From contig JAODNB010000316.1 in NCBI GenBank assembly GCA_025464795.1, forward strand, positions 1 to 43,769: DNA of 43,769 nt, written 5' to 3'. The translations under genes were made by a program, and so were the position numbers. A model generated the notes under the pieces. It ran no database searches and was not told where the DNA came from. It saw only the letters and a program-made list of their open reading frames with translations. Within the stretch, counting starts at the first letter, position 1. The number at the start of each line of letters is the position of its first letter. Positions 9,297-19,067 of the stretch are shown one piece after another. The DNA comes from Frankiales bacterium. GTDB taxonomy: Bacteria > Actinomycetota > Actinomycetes > Mycobacteriales > SCTD01.

Positions 9297-10928
9297 TCAG
9301 GTGCCGGCTGGGGTCAACGCCCCTTCTGAACGCGTACCGGCAACGCTCATCTGCGGCGGCTCACCGTCAGCATCGAAGCGATCGACGAAGGCGGAGCCTC
9401 GCCATAGACCCCAAACGCCGGCGCCCGCAGCGGCGACGGCAAGGACGGCAACGCGCTGTGCGGGCACGATCTTGATCGGCAGAGCCACCAGAGCCCCGGC
9501 GGCTCCGAGCGCGCACGACAGGATCCAGTCCCTGCCAACGCCGAGCAGGAGCAGCGCAGCGCAGGGCAGGAGGTACCAGGGCCAGACGACGGGTGCACTC
9601 AGGAAGACGACCAGCATGACCATGCCCAAGGTGCCGGCGGCCGCCCGGCGTGAGCGCGCCAGCAGCCAGAGCGCGAGGATTCCGCCGATGCCGGCTGCCA
9701 GGCCGCGAAGGACCGGCCCGAGGCCCGACGGCCCCTGAAGCTGCGCGTGCTGCCTTGCCTCGCCGACGACCAGTAGCAGCACCGACCACGGCGTGTAGGG
9801 GTTCCAGTGCGAGGTCGGGGTGGCGAGTGCCGACGCCCATCCGAACGGGTCGCGCAGGTAGATCAAGCACGAGGCCGCGAGCGCCGCCGTCGCACCGGCG
9901 AGGAAGCGGAACGTCGCTCCTCGTCCGACGGCAAGAGCGTGCACAGCGAGGACCACCAGCGCGATGAGCGCTGTTGCCTTGATCTCTCCCGCCAGCACGA
10001 TCAAGACCCCGGCGGACACGAACCTGCGCTTCTGGGCCAGCACGGCAGCGCAGACCAGGAGCAGACCCACCGGCACGTCGAGATGGGCTGGGGAGATGCC
10101 GTGGACCAGTAGCAGCGGGCTGCAGACGAGCCATGTGGCCAGGTCCCGCCGCCCTGGGTGGACGAAGCGCCGTACTAGCGCCACCAGGCCGATCAGGCAC
10201 AGCACCGACACCACACGCAGGAAGATCAGGGCCGCCAGCTCGTTGTGCCGACCGACCGCCGCAGCCAGTTGCTCCAGCCGCAAAGCAAGCGGGCCGTACG
10301 GCGTGAGGAAAGAGCGCCAGGTCGGGTCGGCGGCGGCGAGCACGGACGAGTGAGGACCCAGCGCCGCGACAGGGTGGGCATACGGGTCGAGGCCCCTGTG
10401 CATCAGCTCGCCCTGTGCGACGTAGCTGTAGAGGTCGCGCGAGAAGGCCGGAGCTCCCAGCGCAAATGGCGCCACCCAGGCCACCACCGTGACCGGGAAC
10501 CACGATCGCTTCACCTGCTTGGGCGCACGCATCAGGGTCCAGGCCACGAACAACCAGAACAGCACGAGGCAAAGGACTGCAGCGACGAGGACCGCCTGAG
10601 GGTGCTTCGGCCTCCAGGGCACCGCCCGCCATGCGGTGGTCGACCACGGCGCCCACCCACCGAGGACGGCCAGCTCAGGCCGGCTCTGCCGCGGGATCGT
10701 CAGCCCCAGGACCGCAAGCCCGAGCAGCGGGCCGAGGAATGCCGCTCCGAGACAGACGCGGCGAGTCACAGCACCTGGAGCCAATGAAGGACAGCCACGA
10801 GGATCAGCAGCGCGATGAGGCACATCCCCAAGCGCATCAGACGTGCCCGCCGTCGGCGGGCTCTGTTGACGCTGGACGGCCGGCGCGGCGGCCGGGGTGC
10901 GTCGAACTCGAACGGGGCCACACCGCAT
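9297..10928 (-). CDS. polytopic GT-C membrane glycosyltransferase, MptB-like (polyprenol-phosphomannose-dependent mannosyltransferase family)
   Basis: More than 10 predicted TM helices and a first-loop motif SRDLYSYVAQGELMHRGLDPY typical of MptB-type enzymes. The true start is probably internal, near VTRRVCLGAAF. Confidence 0.6.
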   Translation of the reverse strand: MRCGPVRVRRTPAAAPAVQRQQSPPTAGTSDALGDVPHRAADPRGCPSLAPGAVTRRVCLGAAFLGPLLGLAVLGLTIPRQSRPELAVLGGWAPWSTTAWRAVPWRPKHPQAVLVAAVLCLVLFWLFVAWTLMRAPKQVKRSWFPVTVVAWVAPFALGAPAFSRDLYSYVAQGELMHRGLDPYAHPVAALGPHSSVLAAADPTWRSFLTPYGPLALRLEQLAAAVGRHNELAALIFLRVVSVLCLIGLVALVRRFVHPGRRDLATWLVCSPLLLVHGISPAHLDVPVGLLLVCAAVLAQKRRFVSAGVLIVLAGEIKATALIALVVLAVHALAVGRGATFRFLAGATAALAASCLIYLRDPFGWASALATPTSHWNPYTPWSVLLLVVGEARQHAQLQGPSGLGPVLRGLAAGIGGILALWLLARSRRAAAGTLGMVMLVVFLSAPVVWPWYLLPCAALLLLGVGRDWILSCALGAAGALVALPIKIVPAQRVAVLAVAAAGAGVWGLWRGSAFVDRFDADGEPPQMSVAGTRSEGALTPAGT

Positions 10929-11005
10929 GGAACGACGCCGCCCCTTTGCGCAGCCTGAGGACGGCGGCGCCGACGGTCAGGCTCCTGTCACCGAGCACGA
11001 CAAGC

Positions 11006-12247
11006 TCATCGCATGTTGCCGGTATGCCCCAGAGAGAAGCGACCAGGCTGCGGCCAGACACACATTCCATGCGGCTTGTTCGGAACGGCCACTGTGGAGA
11101 TCAGATGCCCGTCGGTGGTGCTGATCTGGTAGATCCGGGCGTCGTACCTGCCGGCCAGCCACAGCGAGCGGCCGTCAGGACTCACACCACCCATGTCAGG
11201 ACTGCCTCCTCCCGGCAGGCGCCAGGTCTTGACGACCCGCTCGCGGAAGGGGTCCACCACCGAGATCGTGCCATTGCCACGGTTACTCACGTAGAGGCTC
11301 CGGCCGTCCCGGCTTGGGTAGATGCCGTGCGCGTCCGGCCCCGTTCGCAGGAATCCGCGTCGCGTGAAGGTGGTCGCGTCCACGACGAAGACTCCACCGA
11401 GCCGCCGATCGGCTACGTAGAAGTCCCGGCCGTCCGGCCCCAGCCGCACGTCCTGGGGCGCGGAGCCTGGCAGGTCCAAATATCCCAGGACGGTCTTGGA
11501 CTCGACGTCGAAGCGGACGAGACGATGCCCGAACTCGCAGGAGGCAACGACGACCCGCAAGTCAGCCGTGAAGTCTGCGTGATCCAGTCCGGGGCAGTCG
11601 AGGTGCACGACCGACCTCGGAGCCATGGTCTGGGCGTCGTAGAACCCGAGCTGCTGAAGCTGCTCCTGCACGACCATCGCCTCTCGCCCACCCGGCAAGA
11701 AGTACATGTTGTACGGATCGTTCACGGCAACCGCGGGGCCACGCGGTCGGCCGGTGCGGGGATCGAACGGAGTCACCGTGTTCGCGAGGTCGTTGGTGGA
11801 CCACAAGGTCTTCAAGTCGTAGGACGGCACGACGTGCTGCGGATCGAGCCCTGTGGGGTAGTGACCGATCACCACTCCACGGAGGGGATCCACCACGTCC
11901 ACGCCCCGCCCCGCGGACTCTGGCACGTACAACAAGTACGGCACGTGCCTGGTGGTCGAGGCGAAGTCACCTACGCCGGCGTGTCGGTAGACGAGCCCCG
12001 AGGTGCCGACCTTCGTGGCGCCGGACACCGCTCGATCATGCTGAAGCCCTGGAGGCTTCACGCCCGTCGGGTGCGAGGACGCGACCGCCGAGCTCTCCAA
12101 CCCGTCCTCCGCCTGGATCGCGAGGAAGCTCAGGCTGACGACGGCGAGCACCGCGAAGGTGCGGCGACGACGGACCCGAGCCGTCAGAGGCGGAGAGGAG
12201 TGCACACAACCAGCATGCCGCCGCCCCACCCCATTTGGACCCAACAC
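11006..12247 (-). CDS. YncE/YVTN-like beta-propeller repeat protein, secreted
   Basis: Repeated blades: ..DGRDFYVADRRLGGVFVVD.., ..DGRSLYVSNRGNGTISVVD.., ..DGRSLWLAGRYDARIYQI... A signal-like RRRRTFAVLAVVSLSFLAI suggests an alternative GTG start at 12175. Confidence 0.6.
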   Translation of the reverse strand: MLGPNGVGRRHAGCVHSSPPLTARVRRRRTFAVLAVVSLSFLAIQAEDGLESSAVASSHPTGVKPPGLQHDRAVSGATKVGTSGLVYRHAGVGDFASTTRHVPYLLYVPESAGRGVDVVDPLRGVVIGHYPTGLDPQHVVPSYDLKTLWSTNDLANTVTPFDPRTGRPRGPAVAVNDPYNMYFLPGGREAMVVQEQLQQLGFYDAQTMAPRSVVHLDCPGLDHADFTADLRVVVASCEFGHRLVRFDVESKTVLGYLDLPGSAPQDVRLGPDGRDFYVADRRLGGVFVVDATTFTRRGFLRTGPDAHGIYPSRDGRSLYVSNRGNGTISVVDPFRERVVKTWRLPGGGSPDMGGVSPDGRSLWLAGRYDARIYQISTTDGHLISTVAVPNKPHGMCVWPQPGRFSLGHTGNMR

Positions 12248-12339
12248 GCCGTGTGACGTGCAACCCTCCTGCGCTCGTGAGGCAACGAAGGCAGCCGTTC
12301 AGGGTGGGCACAGGCGACAGGCAGCAGAATTCCGGGGCG

Positions 12340-13599
12340 ATGACGTCCTGCAACCGCCGCCTCTGGGCGTGGTGGGCAGTGAGTCGTGCTGCTGCCCTTT
12401 GTCTGGGTTGGCTCGCCGCCCAGGAGCATCGGGGCAACGTCTTCTTCGACATCAGGTACTACCAGTCGTGGTCAGACGGTGCCCTGAGCGGAGACCGGGT
12501 CCCCTACCGCGACTTCGGCTGGGAGTACCCACCGGGAGCACTCCCATCGATGGCGCTTCCAGGTGTGGTGGCCGCGGGACTGTCAGCGACGGCGCTGCAC
12601 GGGATCTCTCACGCAATCGTCTTCGGTGCCGTGTGGGTTGCGTTCATGCTCATCGTCGACGCGATCGTGATGCGCCGTCTGCTGGCTTCGTCAGAGCCGG
12701 CAGGTCGACTGTGGCTCAGCGGCCTCCCGCTGCTCGGTGCTCTGAGCTGGGCGCGGTACGACCTGCTGCCGGCAGGAGCCGCCGTGGGCGCGATCATTGC
12801 GGCGGGCTCTGGGCACGCACGGCGCTCGGGTCTGCTCGCGTCGTTGGGCGGCTCCTTGAAGATCTGGCCGGCCCTGCTGTCCCCGATGCAGGCCACGCGC
12901 GAGGGGGCCAAGCGAGCCACGTTCACGTCAGCCGTGTCACTCGCCCTCGTTGCGGCTATCACGGTCGGCGTCACCGGCCGCACAGGCTTTGGACAGGTCC
13001 TCAGCTACCAGACGCGGCGTGGGCTCCAGGTGGAGTCCCTACCCGCCTTGCCCTTGCTGTGGCTTCGCCACCTTCACGTCATCGAGTACACCGCGAGCTT
13101 CCGGTACGGCGCCTGGGAGCTGTCAGGACCGGGCACTCGCGTTGCAGCTCTCCTCGCCACCGCAACGTACGTGCTCGGACTGGCAGGGCTGGGAGCGGTC
13201 CTCAGGAAGACCCTGCGTCGGGGCGATGGCGTCACAACGATCACCACGGGAGCGGTCGCTTTCGTGGTGATCACCCTGGCGACCGACAAGGTCTTCAGCC
13301 CCCAGTACGTGCTCTGGCTGTTGGCGGCCGTCGCGGCAGCCTGTGCGGTCGACCCCGTCTCGTGGACACCTCTCCTCCGATGGGTGCTCGCCATCGCCGC
13401 CCTTACCGCAGTGGTGTTCCCGTGGGCGTACGGCGACGTCCTCGGGGACCGGGGCTGGTGGGGGGTGGTCGCCTTGACGGCGCGTGATGCCGTTCTCGTG
13501 GTCCTCGCCGTCTGCGTGGCCCGTCGCCTGAAGGTGCTCAGCAGACAAGCGCCGGGCCTTGAGCCACTCGTGGCTTCTCCCGGGGCCGAGGCGGAGTGA
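12340..13599 (+). CDS. GT87 / DUF2029-type polytopic membrane glycosyltransferase
   Basis: About 10 TM helices and a first-loop motif DIRYYQSW...YRDFGWEYPPGALP. The ATG at 12340 is preferred over the 12235 ORF start. Confidence 0.55.
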   Translation: MTSCNRRLWAWWAVSRAAALCLGWLAAQEHRGNVFFDIRYYQSWSDGALSGDRVPYRDFGWEYPPGALPSMALPGVVAAGLSATALHGISHAIVFGAVWVAFMLIVDAIVMRRLLASSEPAGRLWLSGLPLLGALSWARYDLLPAGAAVGAIIAAGSGHARRSGLLASLGGSLKIWPALLSPMQATREGAKRATFTSAVSLALVAAITVGVTGRTGFGQVLSYQTRRGLQVESLPALPLLWLRHLHVIEYTASFRYGAWELSGPGTRVAALLATATYVLGLAGLGAVLRKTLRRGDGVTTITTGAVAFVVITLATDKVFSPQYVLWLLAAVAAACAVDPVSWTPLLRWVLAIAALTAVVFPWAYGDVLGDRGWWGVVALTARDAVLVVLAVCVARRLKVLSRQAPGLEPLVASPGAEAE

Positions 13600-13603
13600 T
13601 CGG

Positions 13604-14428
13604 ATGGATGTGAGCAGGGCCTGGCCCCTTCTGGTGGCCACCGGCACCTTCGCCGCCGCGGTCCTGACCGTTGCTGTGACTTCCGTCTCCAGGCACCAGC
13701 CCCACCCGCGCCCAGCTGTCGTAAGCCGGACTGCTCCCCTGCGGTCGCTCGCGTACCAGTACAGCAGCGTGCTGGGGCTCGGGGACTCAGTGACCACCGC
13801 AGCCGCCTGCAGCTGCACCTCCTTCGTGGCTCAGCTCGGGACGAACCTCACGGCGTGGGAGGGGAAGCCGGTGGTGGTCGTCAACGCGGGTGTGAACGGC
13901 CTGACGAGCCTGGACCTGCTGCGGCAGGTCCAGGGAGGTCACACGAGGGCTGTGCCCGGCGCGGTGATCGCGATCGCCATCGGAGCAAATGACTTCGATC
14001 CCCGGAGGCTGTCACAACCGGGGTGCTCGGCGGCTGACATGGCTTGCTACCGGGCGTCCCTTGGCTCCCTGACGAAGAATATCGACGATGTGCTGGCCAC
14101 GTTGCGGCGCGGATCGGCAAGCTCAGGACCCATCCTGCTGCTGGGCTACTGGAACGTCTTCCTCGACGGAGCTGTGGGAGCGACCCACGGTCAGGCGTAC
14201 CAGCAAGACAGCGACGCACTGACGCGACTGGTGAACGCGGTGCTGATCCGAGCGGCCAAGGCCCACGGCGCCACGTACGTCGACCTGTACGCCGCCTTCA
14301 AGCGCGAGGACGACACCGACCTCCTCGCCGATGACGGTGACCATCCGTCCGCCGCTGGGCACACCCTGATCGCTGCCCTCCTGAGCGAGGCCTTGGCGCA
14401 GCGCGGGGCTCCCGCTGGTCCCCACTGA
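13604..14428 (+). CDS. SGNH/GDSL hydrolase
   Basis: Block I GLGDSVT, block II NAGVNG, block III GANDF, block V DGDHPS. The ATG at 13604 lies 5 nt after the upstream stop and has a GGCGGAG Shine-Dalgarno. Confidence 0.8.
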   Translation: MDVSRAWPLLVATGTFAAAVLTVAVTSVSRHQPHPRPAVVSRTAPLRSLAYQYSSVLGLGDSVTTAAACSCTSFVAQLGTNLTAWEGKPVVVVNAGVNGLTSLDLLRQVQGGHTRAVPGAVIAIAIGANDFDPRRLSQPGCSAADMACYRASLGSLTKNIDDVLATLRRGSASSGPILLLGYWNVFLDGAVGATHGQAYQQDSDALTRLVNAVLIRAAKAHGATYVDLYAAFKREDDTDLLADDGDHPSAAGHTLIAALLSEALAQRGAPAGPH

Positions 14429-14608
14429 CGACAGGCTGGGCACTCCCGTCGCGCTCAGATCGTTCTCAGCATGTCGCGCCGTGCGCGACGCACCATGGGT
14501 GACGTCCCGGAGATGGTGCTCATCACCCGGTCGCAAAGGGAGGAGCTGGAGGATGACGGCAGATCCGGGTAGCTCAGCTCCTCGCCGCGGGCTCCCCCAG
14601 TCGCTGAA

Positions 14609-15787
14609 ATGAGCCTGATCGGCACGAGCCTGCAGATCGTCGCCTTGCTGCTGACCCTTGCACTACCTGCTCTTGCGCTCGTCCTGTGGGCGCGCGTCCG
14701 GGGACCGGCGCTGGCGAAGATCGCACAACGGCTCAGCCTTGTCGTCCTCGCTCAGGGCGCAGCGGTGCTCCTGGTGTTCGTGACGGTCAACGACCAGTTC
14801 GGCTTCTACGCCTCGTGGCAGGACCTACTCGGCGTGCCCCCCGCTCCGGCGCGCATCGACGCCATCACTGGAGTCCGGTTCCACGGCCCTTGGGGAGAAG
14901 GTGCTTTCAGCACGGGCAGCGTGACGCACACCCCGGACGGAGGACAGCTCATCGCCCTCACAGTCCTTGGGAGCGCGTCAGGGGTCACCGCCCGGGTTCT
15001 GGTTCACCTCCCAGCCGGCTACAACAACGGGCGGCGCGACTACCCGGTGCTCGAGCTCATCAGCGGCTGGCGTGGGTCCCCCGAGTCCTGGACCCGCACC
15101 TTCAGGGTGCTGGACGCGTTGCGCGCTGCTCAGCATCGCGGAACCCTCGGACCGGTCATCACCGTCATCCCGAGCCTCAACGTCGGACTCCCGCGCGATG
15201 TCGAGTGCACTGATGTCCCGGGAGGACCCCAAGCGGAGACCTGGCTGACCACCGACATCCGGGACCTCCTGGTCTCGCAATACCGCGTCCTCGGGTCGGC
15301 CCGCAACTGGGGCGTGATGGGGTACTCGACGGGCGGCTACTGCGCCGCCAAGATGTTGCTGCACCGACCCACCTGGTACGGCACCGCTGTCGCCCTCGGG
15401 GGCTACTTCGAGGCGGTCAAGGACAGCACCACCGGAGACCTCTGGGGCGGCAACCCAGCGCTGCGCAACACCAACTCCCCGCTGTGGCTTGTCACGCACC
15501 GCCGCCGCCCGGCCGCGGACTTCCTCGCGTTCTCCAGCCGTCAGGACCGCGATTCCTACGCGTCAACAGAGCGGTTCCTGCGCGCCGCCCGGGCGCCGCT
15601 GCGCACGTACCAGCTGGTCGCGGCCCGCGGGGGGCACAACGACAAGGCCCTGGCCAAGGCGCTTCCTGAGGTGCTGGACTGGCTGGGGGCCCGCCTCGGA
15701 ACGGCGCAGTGCGAGGTGTGCCGCCTCGTGGGTCAGACCCCGGCCGGGAGCCTGTCGAGCAGGGCCAGCGCCAGCACGTCTGGATGA
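14609..15787 (+). CDS. esterase-family (esterase D / antigen-85-fold) alpha/beta hydrolase with N-terminal TM domain
   Basis: Two N-terminal TM helices, then VLVHLPAGYNNGRRDYPVLELISGW and the nucleophile region GVMGYSTGGYCA. Paralog of 19907-20977. Confidence 0.7.
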   Translation: MSLIGTSLQIVALLLTLALPALALVLWARVRGPALAKIAQRLSLVVLAQGAAVLLVFVTVNDQFGFYASWQDLLGVPPAPARIDAITGVRFHGPWGEGAFSTGSVTHTPDGGQLIALTVLGSASGVTARVLVHLPAGYNNGRRDYPVLELISGWRGSPESWTRTFRVLDALRAAQHRGTLGPVITVIPSLNVGLPRDVECTDVPGGPQAETWLTTDIRDLLVSQYRVLGSARNWGVMGYSTGGYCAAKMLLHRPTWYGTAVALGGYFEAVKDSTTGDLWGGNPALRNTNSPLWLVTHRRRPAADFLAFSSRQDRDSYASTERFLRAARAPLRTYQLVAARGGHNDKALAKALPEVLDWLGARLGTAQCEVCRLVGQTPAGSLSSRASASTSG

Positions 15788-16173
15788 CGCACCGTGAGCA
15801 CCAGCACCACGAACCGCCCCTGCTCGGCCGGCGCGAGCGGAACGCTCTCACGAGGAAACGGCCCCTCGTAAGCAACGACGCACAGCCGACCACTCAGGTG
15901 CTTGCCCGGCAGGGTTGTACGCCGGAGCGATCGAAGGATGCGCATCGCCGCCGCTGGGCTCAGCGATTGGACCTCGACGAGGGAGGCTCGGGCGGGAACA
16001 CTCGCACGGGCAAGAGGCAAGGCCGACGCGCAGCCGTTCACGTCCCGGGTGACCGCGTGAACCGAAGTCCCGCCGCGAGTACCGGAGCAGCCCCCAGCCG
16101 CCAACAGCGCAGCGGAGACCAAGGCGAACGCACGTGCAGCCCGTGCAGATTTCAAACGCAGACGATCAGACAT
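15733..16173 (-). CDS. hypothetical lipoprotein
   Basis: Signal peptide with lipobox LLAAGGC. The start ATG at 16173 overlaps the stop of the upstream gene by 8 nt. The 3' end overlaps the convergent esterase gene. Confidence 0.45.
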   Translation of the reverse strand: MSDRLRLKSARAARAFALVSAALLAAGGCSGTRGGTSVHAVTRDVNGCASALPLARASVPARASLVEVQSLSPAAAMRILRSLRRTTLPGKHLSGRLCVVAYEGPFPRESVPLAPAEQGRFVVLVLTVRHPDVLALALLDRLPAGV

Positions 16174-17182
16174 GCGTGCCACCCCTCGAATGGTTGGGCG
16201 GGGGGTGCCGCTCGCCCCAACGCAGCCCCGCGTAGCACGTCGCGCCTGCCGGGAGCAGGCCCCAGAAGCTGATCAACCGGTAGAGCAACACCGCCGACAA
16301 GGCCGTCGGTGCCGACCCGCCGTACGCCACCAGCGCGACGGTGAGACTTCCCTCTACGACACCCAGACCGCCAGGAGTGAAAGGCAGCATCGCGGCGAGC
16401 TGCGCGGCGCAGTAGGCCAGCAGGAGTCCCTGCCAGGGAGGGGCACTGCCCAGTGCGAAGAAGGCCAGGGCCAGGCACAGCGCGTCCGAAAGCCACACCA
16501 CCAGCAAGAGACCACCGGCCACGACCAGCTGGAACCCGTCGATCTTGGTGCGGCTCAGGTCGCCCGCCCACTCCGAGATCGGTGCTGTCCGAGACGGATG
16601 CTCAGGCCGAAGCCGAACCACGACCCGGTCAAGCCAGGCGGCGCACCAGCGCAAGGACCTGCCGGGAAGGCTGAGGTGCCGGAGCAGGTACAGCAGCACA
16701 GCGGCGACACCCACGACCGCGAGCACCACCAGACTCGTCAGCCGGAGGTCCGGCACCGAGCTCGATGCGTCGCCTGCCACCTCGGCTCCGACCAGAGCAA
16801 GGGCCGCAAGGGCAGCCAGGTACAGAACCGTGGAGACGGCCAGCACCCAGCCAGTCATCGCCGGGTCGACACCTCGACGGGACAGTCGACGGAACGTGAC
16901 CGCTCCCGAGACGGCGACCCCACCCGGTAGGCAGTACGCCGCGGCTTGGGATGCAATCCCTACTGCAGACATGGGGAGTAGCGCGACGTCTCCCCCTCCC
17001 CCGGAGCGAAGGAGCTGACGCAGCGCCGCTCCGTAGCCGACGTACGACGCCAGTTCGGCGATGACCGCGGCAGCCAGCCAGGCCCCTCGCACGTGTGTCA
17101 GGTCGTCAGCGGCGGTGAGCAACTCGCTGCTGCTGTCCACAAGGACTCGGGCGGCGAGGCCGGCGAAGACCAGCATCAGCAC
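16166..17182 (-). CDS. lysylphosphatidylglycerol-synthase TM-region (flippase-like, UPF0104) membrane protein
   Basis: 8 TM helices, Gly/Ala-rich. The C-terminal segment ..LPFTPGGLGVVEGSL.. is typical of the MprF N-terminal/flippase domain family. Confidence 0.6.
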   Translation of the reverse strand: MLMLVFAGLAARVLVDSSSELLTAADDLTHVRGAWLAAAVIAELASYVGYGAALRQLLRSGGGGDVALLPMSAVGIASQAAAYCLPGGVAVSGAVTFRRLSRRGVDPAMTGWVLAVSTVLYLAALAALALVGAEVAGDASSSVPDLRLTSLVVLAVVGVAAVLLYLLRHLSLPGRSLRWCAAWLDRVVVRLRPEHPSRTAPISEWAGDLSRTKIDGFQLVVAGGLLLVVWLSDALCLALAFFALGSAPPWQGLLLAYCAAQLAAMLPFTPGGLGVVEGSLTVALVAYGGSAPTALSAVLLYRLISFWGLLPAGATCYAGLRWGERHPPPNHSRGGTHV

Positions 17183-17231
17183 AAGGGCGGCAACGTGGCG
17201 CCGGGCAGGCCGACCTCGCGGACTCAGGCGC

Positions 17232-19055
17232 TCAGTCCGTTCGATAAGGGGTTAGGCCCCGCCGCGGGAGTCGAGGGCGAGGCAGGACCAGGAAGGCCTC
17301 CGCCCGCAACGCAGCGAAGGCCACGCGAGGCAAGTCGCCGGCTCCTGCGAAACACAGGAACCGCGGCTCCCACACCGGACGGAACTTCGCATTGAAGCGG
17401 TAGAGCGACTCGATCTGGAACCACCTCGAGGCGAAGAGCAGCAGGCCGCGCCAACCACGGATCACCGGACCAGCCCCCAGCCGCTCCCCACGCTCCAGGG
17501 CAGAGCGGAACACCGCGAAGTTCAGAGACAAGCGCGCGATACCCAGCTCCGGGGTCGACTCGAGTGTCTTCACGATGAGCAGCTCGTTCACTCCGTTCTC
17601 AGCTGTGCGGTCGCGCCGCATAAGGTCCAGCGACAATCCATCACTGCCCCAGGGTACGAAGTGCAGGAACGCCCTCAGCTGCCCTTCCTTGCACGCCATC
17701 ACGACGACGCAGTCGGGATCCTGCGGGTCCGCGAACCGGCCCAGGGCCATCGAGAAGCCGCGCTCGGTCTCCGCACCACGCCAGGCTTCAGCCTGCCGGC
17801 GCAGGTGCAGTCGGGTGTCTTCCGGAAGGTCAACCACGCGGCTGACGGTCGTGACATAACCCGCGCGCTCAACCCGAGCTACAGCCTGGCGGACCTTGCG
17901 CATCGCACGCCCCTCGATGCTGAAGTCAGCCACCTCGACGACGGCTTCGTCCCCCATCTCGAGGGCTGTCAAGCCGGCCCGGGTCCAGGCTGTGCCCGCT
18001 GCCTCGCTGCAGCCCATCACCCCAGGCGCCCAGGCATGCTCATCGGCAAGCTCGAGAAAAGCCTTGATCGCGCCTGGCCAGGCCTCGGGATCACCGAGCG
18101 GATCCCCACTGGCGAGGATCACACCGGAAACGACCCGGTAGGCGATGCACGCCTTGCGGGTCTGCGACCAGACCACGCTCTTGTCCCGACGAAGCGAGAA
18201 GTAGCCCAACGCGTCCCGTCTGCCGTGCACGGCCAGCAGCTTGCGCATTCCTCTCTCGTCGTCGTCGGTGAGCCGCGGGAGGGGTGTGCCCGGTCGCAGC
18301 AGCAGGTAGAGGAAGCTGGCGCCACTGAACGCCCCGAGCGCAAGCAGTGCATCGCCCACCAGATCGGCAGTGGCCTGACCCCGGTGATCGGGCGTGAACT
18401 GCAGCGGTCCGTTCAGACCGACGAGACCGTCGAGAACGTGCCTGGACGTCGTGAGCAGGTTGAAGGCACTAGCAAGGCGGTCTTGTCGCAGGGCGATGAA
18501 GCACACGCCGAGCACGTAGCTGACCAAGAGCAGCAGCAGCCCAACCCCCAAGGCCCTCCAGCGGGTACGTGGATCCGCGCGGGCGTAGAAGTCGCGGTGC
18601 ACGACGAGCAACCCGACGAGCAGAACCAAGGAAACAAGCGCCTCCTCGACATCGAGGCCCTTCAAGATGTGCAGTGCGACGCTCGCGGACAACAGCACGA
18701 CCGTAAGCCGGAAGGCCCGGCGCTTGCGCCGCCGCAACCCATGGGCCAGCAAGACCAGCAGAACACCGACGACCAACGTCGCAGCAGTACTCACGTGCGA
18801 GAGCCCACCGGGCACGTACTCTCGAAGCCGGTGCAGACGACTCGCCTGGGACTTGGTCAAGGCGCTCACGAGATCGAGCAGCCCGATGAAGGCGCACGCC
18901 AGCGACGCGGCAATCGGGACCCATGGCCGGCGCCCATGATCAGCGCTGGGACCGCCCTGCCGCTCAGACCACGCTGCTCCCTGGTCGCCGGTGGAATAAG
19001 GGCCCATAGGCGCAGGGTAGGTGGCCGAGCCTATGTCGACGCTGAGAAGCGACAC
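17232..19055 (-). CDS. mprF: MprF-like aminoacyl-phosphatidylglycerol synthase (TM region + DUF2156 catalytic domain)
   Basis: About 6 N-terminal TM helices, then the C-terminal domain: ..GYFSLRRDKS.., ..ASGDPLGDPEAW.., ..ERGFSMALGR.., ..YRFNAKFRPVWEPRFL... Confidence 0.75.
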   Translation of the reverse strand: MSLLSVDIGSATYPAPMGPYSTGDQGAAWSERQGGPSADHGRRPWVPIAASLACAFIGLLDLVSALTKSQASRLHRLREYVPGGLSHVSTAATLVVGVLLVLLAHGLRRRKRRAFRLTVVLLSASVALHILKGLDVEEALVSLVLLVGLLVVHRDFYARADPRTRWRALGVGLLLLLVSYVLGVCFIALRQDRLASAFNLLTTSRHVLDGLVGLNGPLQFTPDHRGQATADLVGDALLALGAFSGASFLYLLLRPGTPLPRLTDDDERGMRKLLAVHGRRDALGYFSLRRDKSVVWSQTRKACIAYRVVSGVILASGDPLGDPEAWPGAIKAFLELADEHAWAPGVMGCSEAAGTAWTRAGLTALEMGDEAVVEVADFSIEGRAMRKVRQAVARVERAGYVTTVSRVVDLPEDTRLHLRRQAEAWRGAETERGFSMALGRFADPQDPDCVVVMACKEGQLRAFLHFVPWGSDGLSLDLMRRDRTAENGVNELLIVKTLESTPELGIARLSLNFAVFRSALERGERLGAGPVIRGWRGLLLFASRWFQIESLYRFNAKFRPVWEPRFLCFAGAGDLPRVAFAALRAEAFLVLPRPRLPRRGLTPYRTD

Positions 19056-19067
19056 CGAGTCATGCCG

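Noticed and set aside
9367-10656. 429-aa minus-strand ORF in an alternative frame of the MptB-like gene, and the plus-strand ORFs 9301-9738 and 9964-10353
   Set aside because: These are frame-shadow ORFs typical of high-GC DNA (Arg/Ala/Gly/Pro-rich). Only the 9297-10928 frame gives TM helices and the DLYSY motif.
10631-12256. 541-aa plus-strand ORF
   Set aside because: It is the antisense shadow of the beta-propeller gene (11006-12247, minus strand). The translation is Arg/Gly/Pro/His-rich with no motif. The opposite strand carries clear propeller repeats.
12159-13487. 442-aa plus-strand ORF
   Set aside because: It is an alternative frame of the GT87 membrane-protein gene. It is highly Arg/Gly-rich and has no TM helices.
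14473-14489. Short hairpin GTCGCGC-CGT-GCGCGAC downstream of the SGNH gene
   Set aside because: A 7-bp stem with a 3-nt loop and no U-tract is too weak to call a terminator in GC-rich DNA.
14567-14578. GGGTAGCTCAGC, resembling a tRNA D-arm
   Set aside because: No acceptor stem, anticodon arm or T-arm (GTTCGAATC-type) can be folded around it. It lies in the 5' region of the esterase gene.
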